Shown here piece by piece: positions 36,023-47,263 of a DNA stretch of 64,000 nt. A program made the position numbers and the translations under genes. The stretch comes from an uncultured Gammaproteobacteria bacterium (lineage in GTDB: Bacteria; Pseudomonadota; Gammaproteobacteria; JABCZS01). The stretch's first letter is position 1. The number at the start of each line of letters is the position of its first letter. The notes below the pieces were generated by a model. The model saw nothing but the letters and a program-made list of their open reading frames with translations. It did no database searches and had not been told where the DNA came from. The stretch spans positions 960,001 to 1,024,000 of the forward strand of contig CAWKDC010000001.1 in the NCBI GenBank assembly GCA_963848305.1, written 5' to 3'.

Positions 36023-36813
36023 ATCGCCACCGGCGCTGAAATATGCGGGTGAGCCACGTAATCACTCAAGGTGAAGTCTTCAAACGTGAAATCAAATATA
36101 TTTTTTACCGCAGGGTTGAGCGTCATTTTGGGCAATGCATACGGCGTACGTGATAATTGTAACTGCGCTTGCTCCATATGATTATCATATAAATGTGCAT
36201 CGCCCAATGTGTGCACAAATTCTCCCGGCTGCAACCCTGTCACTTGTGCCACCATCATCGTGAATAATGCATAAGAAGCAATATTAAAAGGAACGCCTAA
36301 AAAAATATCCGCGCTACGCTGATACAATTGACACGATAATTTTCCATCAGCGACGTAAAATTGAAAAAAACAATGACACGGCGGCAACGCCATTTTGTCA
36401 ATCTCACCCACATTCCATGCAGACACAATCAAACGACGCGAATCAGGATTGTGTTTGATTTGATCAATCACTTTCGTGATCTGATCAATCACGCGACCAT
36501 CCGCCGTTTTCCATGAGCGCCATTGCGCGCCATACACCGGCCCCAAATTGCCGTCAGCGTCAGCCCATTCATCCCAAATACTCACACGATTGTCTTTCAA
36601 ATAACGAATATTGGTATCGCCTTTCAGGAACCACAATAATTCATGGGTGATCGATCGCATGTGTGTTTTCTTGGTGGTGACCAGCGGAAACCCTTTGCTC
36701 AAATCAAACCGCATTTGATAACCAAACACACTGCGCGTGCCCGTTCCTGTGCGATCGGATTTGGAGACACCTTTGGTCATCACATGTCTCATCAACTCTA
36801 AATATTGTTCCAT
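36019..36813 (-). CDS. thyA: Thymidylate synthase
   Basis: DRTGTGT, LPPCH and [14 protein letters not shown] motifs. Confidence 0.99.
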   Translation of the reverse strand: MEQYLELMRHVMTKGVSKSDRTGTGTRSVFGYQMRFDLSKGFPLVTTKKTHMRSITHELLWFLKGDTNIRYLKDNRVSIWDEWADADGNLGPVYGAQWRSWKTADGRVIDQITKVIDQIKHNPDSRRLIVSAWNVGEIDKMALPPCHCFFQFYVADGKLSCQLYQRSADIFLGVPFNIASYALFTMMVAQVTGLQPGEFVHTLGDAHLYDNHMEQAQLQLSRTPYALPKMTLNPAVKNIFDFTFEDFTLSDYVAHPHISAPVAI

Positions 36814-37589
36814 TGCGTAGGCTCCTTGCGCATCATTAAATATAATCCAATGAGTATCATGGGGATGGATAATAATTGCCCCATCGTCAACCCAAACATC
36901 AACAGTCCTATGTGCTGATCAGGCTCACGTAAACATTCTATCGCTGTGCGGATCACGCCATAAACGATCAAAAATAACCCGGTGACAGCGCCAGAGGCAC
37001 GCCTTTTCCGCGCATACACCCATACTATCACACCCAGCACAATGCTTTCTAATACAGCTTCATACAATGCGGACGGATGGCGCGGCAATGGCCCCGCCCC
37101 TGGAAACACCATGCCCCATGGCACTGTCGTGACACGGCCCCATAATTCCCCATTGATAAAATTCCCCAAGCGCCCCAAGCCTAACCCAACAGGTATCATG
37201 AGAGAAATCAGATCGGTTAAATCCCAAACAGACAAGGCATGAACGCGCGCATACAACCAAGCCGCGAAACCCGCACCCAACATCCCGCCGTGAAACGACA
37301 TGCCCCCTTCCCACACTTGAAACAAATAGAGCGGATGTTGGATAAAATAAGACCATTGATAAAATAACACATAACCAATACGCCCACCCAGCACCACCCC
37401 CAATACCATCCACACAAAAATAAAATCACCCAATTGCTCGACAGTGAGTGGTGCCCATTTGTGTTGAATACGATATCGCCCCAATAAATAGGCACCGATA
37501 AACCCGAATAAATACATCAAACCATACCAATGCACACGCACCGGGCCGAAGGCAAACGCCACGGGATCAATGTTTGGATACGTTATCAT
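36798..37589 (-). CDS. lgt: Prolipoprotein diacylglyceryl transferase
   Basis: [39 protein letters not shown] and RHPS motifs. Confidence 0.98.
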   Translation of the reverse strand: MITYPNIDPVAFAFGPVRVHWYGLMYLFGFIGAYLLGRYRIQHKWAPLTVEQLGDFIFVWMVLGVVLGGRIGYVLFYQWSYFIQHPLYLFQVWEGGMSFHGGMLGAGFAAWLYARVHALSVWDLTDLISLMIPVGLGLGRLGNFINGELWGRVTTVPWGMVFPGAGPLPRHPSALYEAVLESIVLGVIVWVYARKRRASGAVTGLFLIVYGVIRTAIECLREPDQHIGLLMFGLTMGQLLSIPMILIGLYLMMRKEPTQWNNI

Positions 37590-38418
37590 GACTTTCCTCA
37601 ATCTGTTGATGCATCGCCCACGCGCTATAAAACATGGTGGTTGCAACGACCATTAATAATATCCCGAAGAATCGTTTCAATTTTTCATGGGGCAACCGGT
37701 GCGCCCATTTTACCCCGAGAGGCGCAAATAAAATGCCAGTGAACATCAATATGAACACAATCGGCCAGTACACATACCCCGTCGCCAAATCTGGCAAACC
37801 GGCCACACCCCAACCTCGGTAAATGTAACCGACAACGCCCACCAAACTTGCCGGCACCAAACACAACGCTGACACCGCCAACGCCTGCCGCATGGGGACG
37901 CCCAATCGCGTGAGCAAAGGCACCACAAACACACCGCCCCCCAACCCTAACATGGAAGATAACAGCCCGACAATAGGACTGAACACAAACAAAATCATGA
38001 GAGAGGATTTATGACGCTCGGTGGTCTCTTTCACTCCTATGGTATAGCGGATCCCCATCACCATCAAGAACATGCTGAAAATCCATTCTAAAACATACCC
38101 TGAAATGGCTGTGGAAATGATTGGGCCTATCATTGCGCCAATAAACATGCCGGGAGCCACGCCCCGCACCAACTTCCATTCTAAAGGTTGATGACGATGG
38201 TGTGATATCCCTGCAATCGTCGCATTGAATGGCACGGCAGCCAACGACGTCCCTACGGCCAAATGCATCACCATCTCGGGCGGTATGCCCTGCCAATCCA
38301 TCAACACGGCAATCACGGGAATGATGATGATGCCCCCACCAATCCCCAATAAGCCTGCCAAAAAATTCCCCAATGCGCCCACCGCAAAACAGGCCAACGC
38401 TAACCACAGGATGAGCAT
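37567..38418 (-). CDS. TauE/SafE (TSUP) family membrane protein
   Basis: GLLGIGGG...P, A.GTSLA and GLGGGVFVVP motifs. GGAG RBS before ATG 38418. Confidence 0.9.
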   Translation of the reverse strand: MLILWLALACFAVGALGNFLAGLLGIGGGIIIIPVIAVLMDWQGIPPEMVMHLAVGTSLAAVPFNATIAGISHHRHQPLEWKLVRGVAPGMFIGAMIGPIISTAISGYVLEWIFSMFLMVMGIRYTIGVKETTERHKSSLMILFVFSPIVGLLSSMLGLGGGVFVVPLLTRLGVPMRQALAVSALCLVPASLVGVVGYIYRGWGVAGLPDLATGYVYWPIVFILMFTGILFAPLGVKWAHRLPHEKLKRFFGILLMVVATTMFYSAWAMHQQIEESHDNVSKH

Positions 38419-38473
38419 GTTATTCTCCAATATGTTATAAAGTATGCACCCACAGTAAGTTTACCAGAGATTC

Positions 38474-39127
38474 ATGAACCACCACGCGCCCACCTCCCTC
38501 GACGACCTCACTCACCGCATTCGTGCAGTGGAAGGCCTTACCCTGGGCGATCTTGCCCATCATTTGGGTATCACCCTGCCCGAACAACTCACCACCCATA
38601 AAGGCCTGGCAGGACAATTGTTGGAAAAAGTTCTGGGCGCCGATGCAGGAAATGAATCCAGGCCAGATTTCTCCCAGCTCGGCATTGAACTCAAAACCAT
38701 TCCCGTCAATGCGCAGCGTCGACCGCGCGAATCCACGTATGTCTGCACCGTGCCGCTACAAGCGCCTTATCCCTCATTTGAACAGTCTGTTGTTCATGCA
38801 AAATTATCCCACGTGTTATGGGTTCCTTTGATGACTGATGCGCCGCGCGTGAGTGATTGGCGCATTTTAAAAGCTGTGTTTTGGCAACCCAATGACACGC
38901 AATTCGCCCAGCTACGCCATGATTTTAATGAACTGATAGACATGATAGCACTCGGGCAACTCGATCAAATCACATCCCGATGGGGAGATGCTTTGCACAT
39001 CCGCCCCAAAGCAGCCAATGCTAAACAACTCACTCATTATGTGGGTCAAACTGGCGCCCCAGAACAAACCCTGCCGAGAGGCTTTTATTTAAGAACCGGA
39101 TTTACTACCCCACTCATCTCTGATTAA
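38474..39127 (+). CDS. mutH: DNA mismatch repair endonuclease MutH
   Basis: KG.AGQLLE, PDF..LGIELKTIP, P.ESTYVC, RPKAAN and TLPRGFYLR motifs. Confidence 0.95.
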   Translation: MNHHAPTSLDDLTHRIRAVEGLTLGDLAHHLGITLPEQLTTHKGLAGQLLEKVLGADAGNESRPDFSQLGIELKTIPVNAQRRPRESTYVCTVPLQAPYPSFEQSVVHAKLSHVLWVPLMTDAPRVSDWRILKAVFWQPNDTQFAQLRHDFNELIDMIALGQLDQITSRWGDALHIRPKAANAKQLTHYVGQTGAPEQTLPRGFYLRTGFTTPLISD

Positions 39128-39237
39128 ATGCTGTTTTAACGAGAAACGGTTATAATGGCGCAAGATTCTGATTGAATTTTATTCGCTTCGCTCGTATACT
39201 TGCCTTGAGTATGATGACCCATACAAGGATCCAAGCC

Positions 39238-39918
39238 ATGCCAACCTCCAATCCCTTCTTACAGCTTTTTGGCCGCTCACCGATACGCCCATTACAAGAA
39301 CACATTGATAAAGTATACAGTTGCGTACAGTTACTCATCCCCTTTTTCAACGCCGTCTTTGCACAGGATTGGGCAAAGGCCAAAGAATACCAAACCAACA
39401 TCACCCGATTAGAACATGAAGCAGACGATCTCAAGCGGCAACTGCGCATGAGCCTGCCACAAGGCCTTTTCCTCCCTGTCCCCCGCACGGATTTGCTCGA
39501 CATGCTACGCTCGCAAGATCGGATCGCCAATCGTGCGAAAGACATTGCGGGATTGATACTGGGACGTGAAATGCACATCCCCGCAGCGCTTGAAGCCGAC
39601 TTAAAACGTTACCTCGAGCGCAGCATTGCGGCCGCTGAGCAAGCGCACCGCGCCATTCATGAACTCGACAGCCTGCTCGAAACAGGTTTCTCAGGTCATG
39701 AAGTCAATGTCGTGGAAGCGATGATTCAAGAACTGGACGATATCGAACATCAAACGGATGAGATGGAAATTAAAATCCGCCACCAGCTTTTTCTCCTTGA
39801 AAAAGATCTGAACCCAGTCGACGTGATGTTTATGTATAACATCGTCGAATGGATTGGCGATTTAGCCGATCGCGCTCAACGCGTCGGTGGCCAACTACAA
39901 CTTTTGATTGCAAGGTAG
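39238..39918 (+). CDS. TIGR00153 / DUF47 PhoU-like phosphate transport regulator
   Basis: LFGRSPIRPLQEH, LEHEADDLK and GLFLPVPRTD motifs. Upstream of a Pit transporter. Confidence 0.92.
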   Translation: MPTSNPFLQLFGRSPIRPLQEHIDKVYSCVQLLIPFFNAVFAQDWAKAKEYQTNITRLEHEADDLKRQLRMSLPQGLFLPVPRTDLLDMLRSQDRIANRAKDIAGLILGREMHIPAALEADLKRYLERSIAAAEQAHRAIHELDSLLETGFSGHEVNVVEAMIQELDDIEHQTDEMEIKIRHQLFLLEKDLNPVDVMFMYNIVEWIGDLADRAQRVGGQLQLLIAR

Positions 39919-39923
39919 ATGTT

Positions 39924-41177
39924 ATGTTACATGGCACTTTTTTCCTCATTCTGGCGTGCGCCTTTGGTTTTTTCATGGCCTGGGGTGTTGGCGCAAACGA
40001 CGTGGCCAACGCGATGGGCACTTCTGTCGGCTCCAAAGCCCTCACCATTCGCAACGCGATCATCATCGCGGCCATTTTTGAATTTGCGGGCGCCTTTTTT
40101 GCCGGCGGCGCGGTCACCAGCACAATCAGCGGCGGCATCACCGATGTCTCCTACTTCGTCGATCACCCTGAATTGCTGATTTATGGCATGCTCGCATCCC
40201 TCTTATCAGCCGGCATTTGGTTACTCATTGCCACACACTTTGGTTGGCCTGTCTCAACGACGCACTCGATTGTTGGGGCGATTGTTGGTTTCACAGCGGT
40301 TGGCATTGGGATTGATGCAGTTCAATGGAGCAAAGTGGGCTTCATTGTCATCAGCTGGATCATCTCTCCCGTGATGGGATTGATCTTGGCCTACGCCCTG
40401 TTTGCCAGTGTACAATTCCTTATTTTCAACACGCCCGATCCCTTCCGCTCCGCCAAAAAATATGTCCCTGTTTATATTTTTTTCACCGCCTTTTTATTCG
40501 CGATGATCACCTTTGTCAAAGGCTTAAAATATGTAGGGCTTGATTTATCCTTCGCTGAAAGTGCGCTCCTGTCTATTGGCTTCAGCATTGTACTCACGTT
40601 CATGAGCACATTCTTCTTGAAACGCATTCAGCCCGATCCGCGTGCAAAACGCGAATCTCAATTCGCCAATGTGGAAAAAGTATTTGCTGTATTGATGGCC
40701 TTCACCGCCTGCGCAATGTCTTTCGCCCACGGTTCCAACGATGTTGCCAATGCCGTTGGGCCACTCGCGGCAGTAGTTGGGATTGTGCAACACAATGGCG
40801 TGCTCGGCGCGACACAAGCTGTGCCCGCATGGATTTTATTTTTAGGCGCCGCAGGCATTGTATGCGGCTTGGTGATGTATGGACATAAAGTGATCATCAC
40901 CATTGGATCTGGGATCACTGAACTCACCCCCAGCCGCGGATTTGCCGCGACATTGGCCGGCGCGGTCACGATGATTTTGGCGTCAGGCACAGGTTTACCG
41001 ATTTCAAGCACACACACACTCGTGGGCGCCGTCTTGGGCGTGGGATTGGCGCGCGGGATTGGCGCCATTAACCTCACGATGCTCACGACCATTTTCACGT
41101 CGTGGATTGTGACATTGCCGGCGGGTGCGTTGTTTTCCATCATCACGTTTTATGTCTTTCGATATTCATTTGGTTAA
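39924..41177 (+). CDS. Inorganic phosphate transporter (Pit family)
   Basis: GANDVANAMGT, PVSTTH, HGSNDVAN and PISSTH signatures. Confidence 0.95.
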   Translation: MLHGTFFLILACAFGFFMAWGVGANDVANAMGTSVGSKALTIRNAIIIAAIFEFAGAFFAGGAVTSTISGGITDVSYFVDHPELLIYGMLASLLSAGIWLLIATHFGWPVSTTHSIVGAIVGFTAVGIGIDAVQWSKVGFIVISWIISPVMGLILAYALFASVQFLIFNTPDPFRSAKKYVPVYIFFTAFLFAMITFVKGLKYVGLDLSFAESALLSIGFSIVLTFMSTFFLKRIQPDPRAKRESQFANVEKVFAVLMAFTACAMSFAHGSNDVANAVGPLAAVVGIVQHNGVLGATQAVPAWILFLGAAGIVCGLVMYGHKVIITIGSGITELTPSRGFAATLAGAVTMILASGTGLPISSTHTLVGAVLGVGLARGIGAINLTMLTTIFTSWIVTLPAGALFSIITFYVFRYSFG

Positions 41178-41190
41178 GCGGGAGCATATC

Positions 41191-41619
41191 ATGCGTCAAC
41201 TTTCATTCATCTTACTCGGCTGTTTATCCGCGTTGAATGTGATGGCGCTGCCCATTCAATGCCCAGCTCTTGCCGATATTTCCCTCACAGATGGCGAATA
41301 TGCCTGGCAAAGTAAAGATTCTTTGTGGGAAGGTTATTTTGCGTCGCCGCGCACCGGCGTGGGTGAGTCTTCCAAAATTGATGCATTTTTAGAAGCGCGT
41401 TGGATCCAACTCAACACCCTCAGCAATCCACATGGCGTGGTTGAGTGTGATTATGCTGGCAATATGCCAAATGAAGTAATCCGCTTTGTGATGCTGAATG
41501 CGCAAGGCGGCCCCACACCCACGGCGAATGGTTGGTCGTGCTCATTCAACCCCGTTTATCCGAGCCCACAATGTTCGTGCTCGGGCGATCCTGCTCTGTG
41601 CGAATTTGAAAAATCATGA
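41191..41619 (+). CDS. Small secreted Cys-rich protein (DUF3757-like)
   Basis: Signal peptide and CP..., C.Y, W.C...C.C.....C.F pattern. GGGAG RBS. Family assignment is tentative. Confidence 0.65.
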   Translation: MRQLSFILLGCLSALNVMALPIQCPALADISLTDGEYAWQSKDSLWEGYFASPRTGVGESSKIDAFLEARWIQLNTLSNPHGVVECDYAGNMPNEVIRFVMLNAQGGPTPTANGWSCSFNPVYPSPQCSCSGDPALCEFEKS

Positions 41620-42257
41620 AGCGCCGTTATTCCTTCCTTGATCAACTCTGCATCCAAGCAGAATTATTGTTGCATGCTTCCAGCCAAACGTATGCCAGCG
41701 GTTCACGGGCCAATCCTGCGGATGATGCCATTGAGTCCCCCTTGTCCGACACCGAACGCACCCACATTGCCCGCTTAATGCGCATCAATCACAGCGGTGA
41801 AGTATGCGCGCAAGCGTTATATTTGGGCCAAGCGTTGGCCGCACGGGATCCACACACGCGGGAAGCTTTGAATCAAGCTGCGCTGGAAGAAGGCGACCAT
41901 TTATTGTGGTGCCAAGCACGTCTGAGGGATCTGTCAGGGCGTACCAGCTACTTAAATCCATTATGGTATTTTGGTTCATTGATGATAGGTGTAGTCGCTG
42001 CGAGTTTTGGCGATCCGATCAGTTTGGGCTTTATCGTTGAAACGGAAAAACAAGTGGAACGGCATTTGGCCGGGCATCTCGCCCAACTGCCACCGCACGA
42101 TGTCAAAACCCGCGCCATCCTCACGCAAATGCATCAAGACGAAATCACCCATGGAGAACATGCGCACTCGTCTGGTGCGGTGCCATTACCTGGGTGGGTT
42201 CAAACAATGATGCAGCATACCTCGCGGGTGATGGTGGAAGGAGCAAAATGGGTGTAG
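41616..42257 (+). CDS. coq7: Demethoxyubiquinone hydroxylase (di-iron)
   Basis: LMRINHSGEVCAQALY.GQ, EE.DHL.WC, ETEKQV..HL and DE..H motifs. Confidence 0.95.
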   Translation: MKRRYSFLDQLCIQAELLLHASSQTYASGSRANPADDAIESPLSDTERTHIARLMRINHSGEVCAQALYLGQALAARDPHTREALNQAALEEGDHLLWCQARLRDLSGRTSYLNPLWYFGSLMIGVVAASFGDPISLGFIVETEKQVERHLAGHLAQLPPHDVKTRAILTQMHQDEITHGEHAHSSGAVPLPGWVQTMMQHTSRVMVEGAKWV

Positions 42258-42261
42258 GGGT

Positions 42262-44477
42262 TTATTTGACCAGCTTGATGTCGCCATCATCCTTGCGGGC
42301 AGAAGAAGCGGGAGCTTTAGCGGTGCCCACTTTGTCCTGAAATGCCTGCAATACCGGTAACGGATTTGTTTGATCAGCGAGCACAGAGGCAGTCCGGTTT
42401 GCTCCTGCCTCTTTTTCTTTATTAATTTCCTGAAGCTGCTCCTCTTTTTCATCCGCGAACTTCAGTTTTTCATGCGATGTTTCATCTTTGTTAGCAAGAA
42501 GCACTTTCGCAATGACTCCGCCCACGGCAGCAACGCCACCCAAAACAGCCAACACTGTCAGCGCTATCTTCGCACCAGCTGACAAGCTCATAAACGTAAT
42601 CCCTGCCATCCAGGCAGCCACCATAAATCCCCATATTGCCGTCGCAACAATGCCAATGGCTGTAGCGACAGTTGCGGCAGCCGTGCCAATCCCCGTGAAC
42701 ATCGTGCCTAGCCAGGCGCCCAATAATGGAACACCTGCGCCAACCGATGCGCCGATCAGTGCCCACCCAAAAATCACGGCGATGAGCAGTGCTGTCAAGA
42801 CATACAATCCTATCCGAAACGCTTCCCAAAAAGCATCGGCACTTTTGCCCTCAGAAACACCGAAGGGTTTTAGTATGCTGCGCAGTGTACTCGTGACAGC
42901 GCGAGAGAGCACGGTCGGAATGGTATCGAATACGCCGCGCAATATTTTGGTGGCGACGATGGCAGTCACGGTTCCCGAATGGTTTTCCCAGTTGATCGCT
43001 TGGCCATCCAGCAACCATTTCTCTGTTTTATTATCTTGGGTATAAGGACTCTGCTTGCCACCTCTTTCATTGAAACGATGATACAACTCAATCACAGAAT
43101 CTTCATCCACAGGCGAGGTGAGTTGATCCCACACATCTTCCAGGGCTGCCAATGTGTGATTGGCCAGAATGGCTGGGAATGAAAACACATTGACCAAAAA
43201 CGCTTCAAGTCCGTCAATGCCACGCTTGAGGCTGCCAATGAATCCTTCATCCGACCATTTATGGTGTTGGATCAGGAATTTGAACAAACCCACGGGCATC
43301 TTGACCAAAAGTTCCGCGGCATTGGCCCATAACCATGAGGCAGTTTTAATCAATTTGACTATGAACTGCCCTGGCCAGTAGCGCACTTTATCGCTCCAGT
43401 CACCCCAATTGAGCGGCTTGAGGCCCGCCTGTGCAAAATAACGATTAGCCGCGGTAGGCGCCATGGGCGTCTCGCCCATCACACGATCATACAGTGCTTT
43501 TCCTCCCACGACGAGCACGAGGTACTGTAAAAAAGGAATGGCCAGCAATAACCCTGCGGCACTGAGCAGAAAGTCCGCCCATCCAAACTCTTTAGCGCGA
43601 TGACTCTTATAAATACCCGTGCCATACAGCCCCGTGCCAAGCGGCCCCGACCATATCCCGTTTTCGCCACTTCGGCATTGTGGACGTCATGAATGAATTT
43701 GAGGGCTTTTTTCTCATTCGCTTGATCTTTCTCTGCCACCACGCTTTCCATGGGCGCGAAACCGCCATTTTCTTTAAATACCCTGAAGGTCTCAACGATA
43801 TCGTCCGAATAAGCATCAAGTTCGCGGGCGAGAACTTTTTCTCTGGCTTCAAGCTTTTTGATTTTATCTTGATCTCGTGTTGATTTTGCTTTTTCTGTGC
43901 CTAAATCATCCTTCACTTTTTTCAATTCAGTTGCTAACCACAAGGGCCATTGATCTGCATAATGTGAGCTCTTCTTTAAAGTATCCAGCGCTGCGGCTAC
44001 TGAAGTACCTGCGATACAAGCTGCGATGTAGGCTTCAGCATGAGCTGCAATGGCACTAACGTTGACTGAAGAAGACGCGACGGCGGTATGATTGGCTACG
44101 TCCAGCACAAAATTCATTGCGTTTTGAAAATAGATTAAGGGCGGGGCGTTGAAGTCGAGGGGTTTATTGCCATTTTCTTTTTTATACTCTTCCAACTCGC
44201 TACTACTTCCAGTCCCAGAAGTTGTTTTGAAAAATTCTGCGTTGGGCAGATCTGGAAAATCCGTTGCATCTTTTAAATTGCGTTCATAGTAAACATTTTC
44301 TTCTTTATTATCAACTCTTACCTTATCCCTCACATTCAAATCGGCAATAGGCACCGCGCGCAATGCGTTTTTACCATATCGGTAGGATCTTTCATACATG
44401 AGCGGATTATTATTATATTCTTTCATCCACTTGACGAGTTTATTGATTTTTTGTATCTGTTCTAAGGTAAACGCCAT
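42262..44477 (-). CDS. Large hypothetical membrane protein (effector-like), apparent frameshift at ~43658
   Basis: Adding one G to ACGGGATA joins ORF 43479-44477 to ORF 42262-43548 (...AEVAKTG-IWSGPLGTGLYG...). Charged/coiled N-terminus, long Gly/Ala-rich hydrophobic block, acidic C-terminus. Confidence 0.65.
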
Positions 44478-44629
44478 CGCTGCCTCACTGCTATTCGTAC
44501 TTCACTTGATATACACCTTGATTAGAGCAGTATTGTAAAATGACCCACAACCAACCTGGTTTCTGGGGCACTTAATTGAGTCACATACTAAGTTAATAGT
44601 ATACCCAATTGCCTGATTCCGCAAATGCG

Positions 44630-44676
44630 GTAGGGGCGGCAACCTGTAAGGGGCAGCAGCATGCTGGACCCCTACA
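44630..44676. repeat. GTAG-type REP elements (partial + degenerate full copy)
   Basis: GTAGGGGCGGC followed by TGTAAGGGGCAGCAGCATGCTGGACCCCTACA. Confidence 0.7.
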
Positions 44677-44724
44677 ATGTAGACCCGCTTTGGGGTACAA
44701 TACCCTCCTGCCCAGGAGTACACC

Positions 44725-45960
44725 ATGCTGACAACCCCTTCCTATTCTCGCCGCCAGAGCCTGGCTGTGCACGTAGGCTCGGTCGAAGTCGGCGGGGGCG
44801 CGCCTATCGTCGTTCAATCCATGACGAACACCGATACGGCTGACATTCCCTCCACTGTCTCACAAATCAAGGCCTTGGCAGAAGCTGGATCTGAACTGAT
44901 CCGCATGACCGTCAACAATGACGCCGCAGCCAAAGCCGTGCCCCACATCCGTGAAGCGCTGGATAAAGCCGGTATTACCGTCCCCCTGATTGGCGATTTC
45001 CATTATAACGGTCACACGCTCCTCAAAGACAACCCGGATTGTGCAAAAGTGCTTGATAAATATCGCATTAATCCCGGCAATGTGGGGTTTGGACAAAAGC
45101 GGGATAAGCAATTTGCTGACATGATTGAAGTCGCCCTCCAACATGGAAAACCCGTCCGAATTGGGGTGAATTGGGGTAGCCTCGATCAAGACTTATTGGC
45201 CAAACTATTAGACGATAATGCAAGGCTCGCCACCCCACGCCCTTTAGGGGAAATCACCCAACAAGCGCTGATCACCTCTGCTTTGCAAAGTGCTAAATAC
45301 GCGGTGTCGCTTGGTATGCCGCGTGATCGCATTATTTTGGCCTGCAAGGTCAGCGTGGTGTCCGATTTGGTCTCTCTGTATCAAGCACTGGGTGCTGCCT
45401 GTGATTATCCCCTCCACCTTGGCTTAACCGAGGCCGGGATGGGCGATAAAGGGGTCGTGGCCACGACAGCAGCCCTATCGATTTTATTGCAGCAAGGCAT
45501 TGGCGATACCATTCGCGCCTCTCTTACGCCAAAACCCGGTGATTCACGCATTCGTGAAGTACAAGTCTGCCAAGAAATTTTACAATCCTTAGGCTTGCGT
45601 GCATTTGCGCCCAGCATCACCGCCTGCCCCGGTTGCGGCCGCACCACCAGCACTTATTTCCAACAACTGGCCGAAGACATTCAAACGTACACGCGTGAAC
45701 GCATGCCTCAATGGGCACTAACATACAAAGGCGTTGAAACACTGAAAGTCGCTGTGATGGGTTGCATTGTGAATGGACCCGGGGAAAGCAAACATGCCGA
45801 CATTGGGATCAGCTTGCCCGGCACGGGTGAATCCCCCGTCGCCCCCGTGTTTATCAACGGTGAAAAGGCGATGACATTGCGCGGCGAACATATCACGGCG
45901 GAGTTCAAAGAGATTTTGGAAAGGTATGTTGAAAGCACGTATGGATGTAGAAGCATGTGA
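44725..45960 (+). CDS. ispG: 4-hydroxy-3-methylbut-2-en-1-yl diphosphate synthase
   Basis: [40 protein letters not shown] and [10 protein letters not shown] motifs. Confidence 0.98.
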   Translation: MLTTPSYSRRQSLAVHVGSVEVGGGAPIVVQSMTNTDTADIPSTVSQIKALAEAGSELIRMTVNNDAAAKAVPHIREALDKAGITVPLIGDFHYNGHTLLKDNPDCAKVLDKYRINPGNVGFGQKRDKQFADMIEVALQHGKPVRIGVNWGSLDQDLLAKLLDDNARLATPRPLGEITQQALITSALQSAKYAVSLGMPRDRIILACKVSVVSDLVSLYQALGAACDYPLHLGLTEAGMGDKGVVATTAALSILLQQGIGDTIRASLTPKPGDSRIREVQVCQEILQSLGLRAFAPSITACPGCGRTTSTYFQQLAEDIQTYTRERMPQWALTYKGVETLKVAVMGCIVNGPGESKHADIGISLPGTGESPVAPVFINGEKAMTLRGEHITAEFKEILERYVESTYGCRSM

Positions 45961-46021
45961 AATGGTGCCTAATTAACACAAATTTGTTGATTTTTGAACC
46001 AAAAAGAGCTATTCTGAGAGC

Positions 46022-46342
46022 ATGGATGTAGAATTCGACTACAGCACCGAAAAAAGTGCAATACTCCTCAAAGAGCGTGGCATTGGATTTGATACAATCA
46101 TTCACTATATTAATAATGGTCATTTGATTGATACGATTCAACATCATCATAAAGAGAAATACGGACATCAATACTTTTATGCAGTAGATGTAGAGGGTTA
46201 CATTTATTTGGTACCGTTTGTGGTTAAAGATGAAAATAAGGTTTTTTTAAAGACTATTTTTCCGAGCAGAAAACATACAAAGCAATATGTTAAAAATTTT
46301 GAGAAACATAGAGGCAAAGATCATGGCGAAAAAACAAATTGA
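46022..46342 (+). CDS. BrnT-like type II toxin
   Basis: EK...L.KERGIGF..I, Y.HQ, Y.YLVPFV and FLKTIFPSRK.TK motifs. Overlaps the downstream antitoxin. Confidence 0.8.
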   Translation: MDVEFDYSTEKSAILLKERGIGFDTIIHYINNGHLIDTIQHHHKEKYGHQYFYAVDVEGYIYLVPFVVKDENKVFLKTIFPSRKHTKQYVKNFEKHRGKDHGEKTN

Positions 46343-46634
46343 AATTGATGATATCGATCAATATGAAGACGACATTTTGAAAGATTTTGAAGCAGGAAAA
46401 TTTGTTTCGGTCACAAATCTTGATGAGGAAATGCACCGCGCGCGCGAAGCGGCAAGCCGCTTTGTGAAACGAGACAATCGAGTGAATCTCAGAATTTCAT
46501 CAGCCGATCTCAACATGGTTCGAAAGCTGGCAGTCGAAGAGGGTATCCCTTATCAGACATTGATGGCCAGTGTTATCCACAAATTCGTTTCAGGACGTCT
46601 CATCGAGGCTCCAAAAACGAAGAGAAAAGAATGA
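46323..46634 (+). CDS. CopG/RHH-type antitoxin (BrnA-like)
   Basis: R(V/I)NLRISS.DL...A.EEGIPYQTL.ASVIHKFVSG. Confidence 0.82.
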   Translation: MAKKQIEIDDIDQYEDDILKDFEAGKFVSVTNLDEEMHRAREAASRFVKRDNRVNLRISSADLNMVRKLAVEEGIPYQTLMASVIHKFVSGRLIEAPKTKRKE

Positions 46635-46648
46635 TACAAGGAAAGTTC

Positions 46649-47263
46649 ATGCCACTCACCATCATCCTCGCCACTGGCAACCATGGGAAACTCCGCGAAT
46701 TCTCGGAAATATTTTCGCCTTTGCCGATCCAAATCAAACCACAATCCGACTGGAATGTTTCACCTGTTGAAGAAACCGGGCTGACATTTGTCGAAAATGC
46801 CTTGATCAAAGCGCGACATGCCAGTATTGAAACCGGCTTGCCCACCCTCGCCGATGATTCCGGATTGGTTGTCGACGCGCTCGGCGGCCGCCCTGGTATT
46901 TATTCCTCACGTTATGCGGGTGAAAATGCAGGCGAACATGCCTACACCGCGAAATTGTTGCACGAGATGCAAGACATTCCACCTGCAGAACGCACAGCAC
47001 GTTTTGTATGTGTGTTGGCGTTTTTGCAACACCCTGAAGATCCCATGCCTATCATTACCCAAGCCACATGGGAAGGCACGATTTTAACGGAGCGTCGCGG
47101 ACATGGCGGTTTCGGGTATGATCCTGTTTTTTTTGTACCACATGAAAATTGTTCTGCTGCCGAATTAGACAGCCGCCGCAAACATGAACTCTCCCACCGC
47201 GGCCGCGCGACACAGTTAATGTTAAAAGCGCTAGAAAAGTATTTGCATGCACACCCACTTTAA
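46649..47263 (+). CDS. rdgB: Non-canonical purine NTP pyrophosphatase
   Basis: LATGNHGK, ETGLTFVENALIKAR, ADDSGL, GFGYDP.F and SHRG motifs. Confidence 0.96.
   Translation: MPLTIILATGNHGKLREFSEIFSPLPIQIKPQSDWNVSPVEETGLTFVENALIKARHASIETGLPTLADDSGLVVDALGGRPGIYSSRYAGENAGEHAYTAKLLHEMQDIPPAERTARFVCVLAFLQHPEDPMPIITQATWEGTILTERRGHGGFGYDPVFFVPHENCSAAELDSRRKHELSHRGRATQLMLKALEKYLHAHPL

Noticed and set aside
39125-39237. Pho box upstream of DUF47-pit
   Set aside because: A TATAAT is visible at 39151-39156, but there is no convincing CTGTCAT 11 bp direct repeat.
40658-43045. Long antisense ORFs (40658-41146, 42488-43045)
   Set aside because: Antisense shadows of hydrophobic membrane-protein genes.
44502-44843. 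Small ORFs in the intergenic region upstream of ispG
   Set aside because: They translate REP sequence (VGVQHAAAPY) and promoter DNA.
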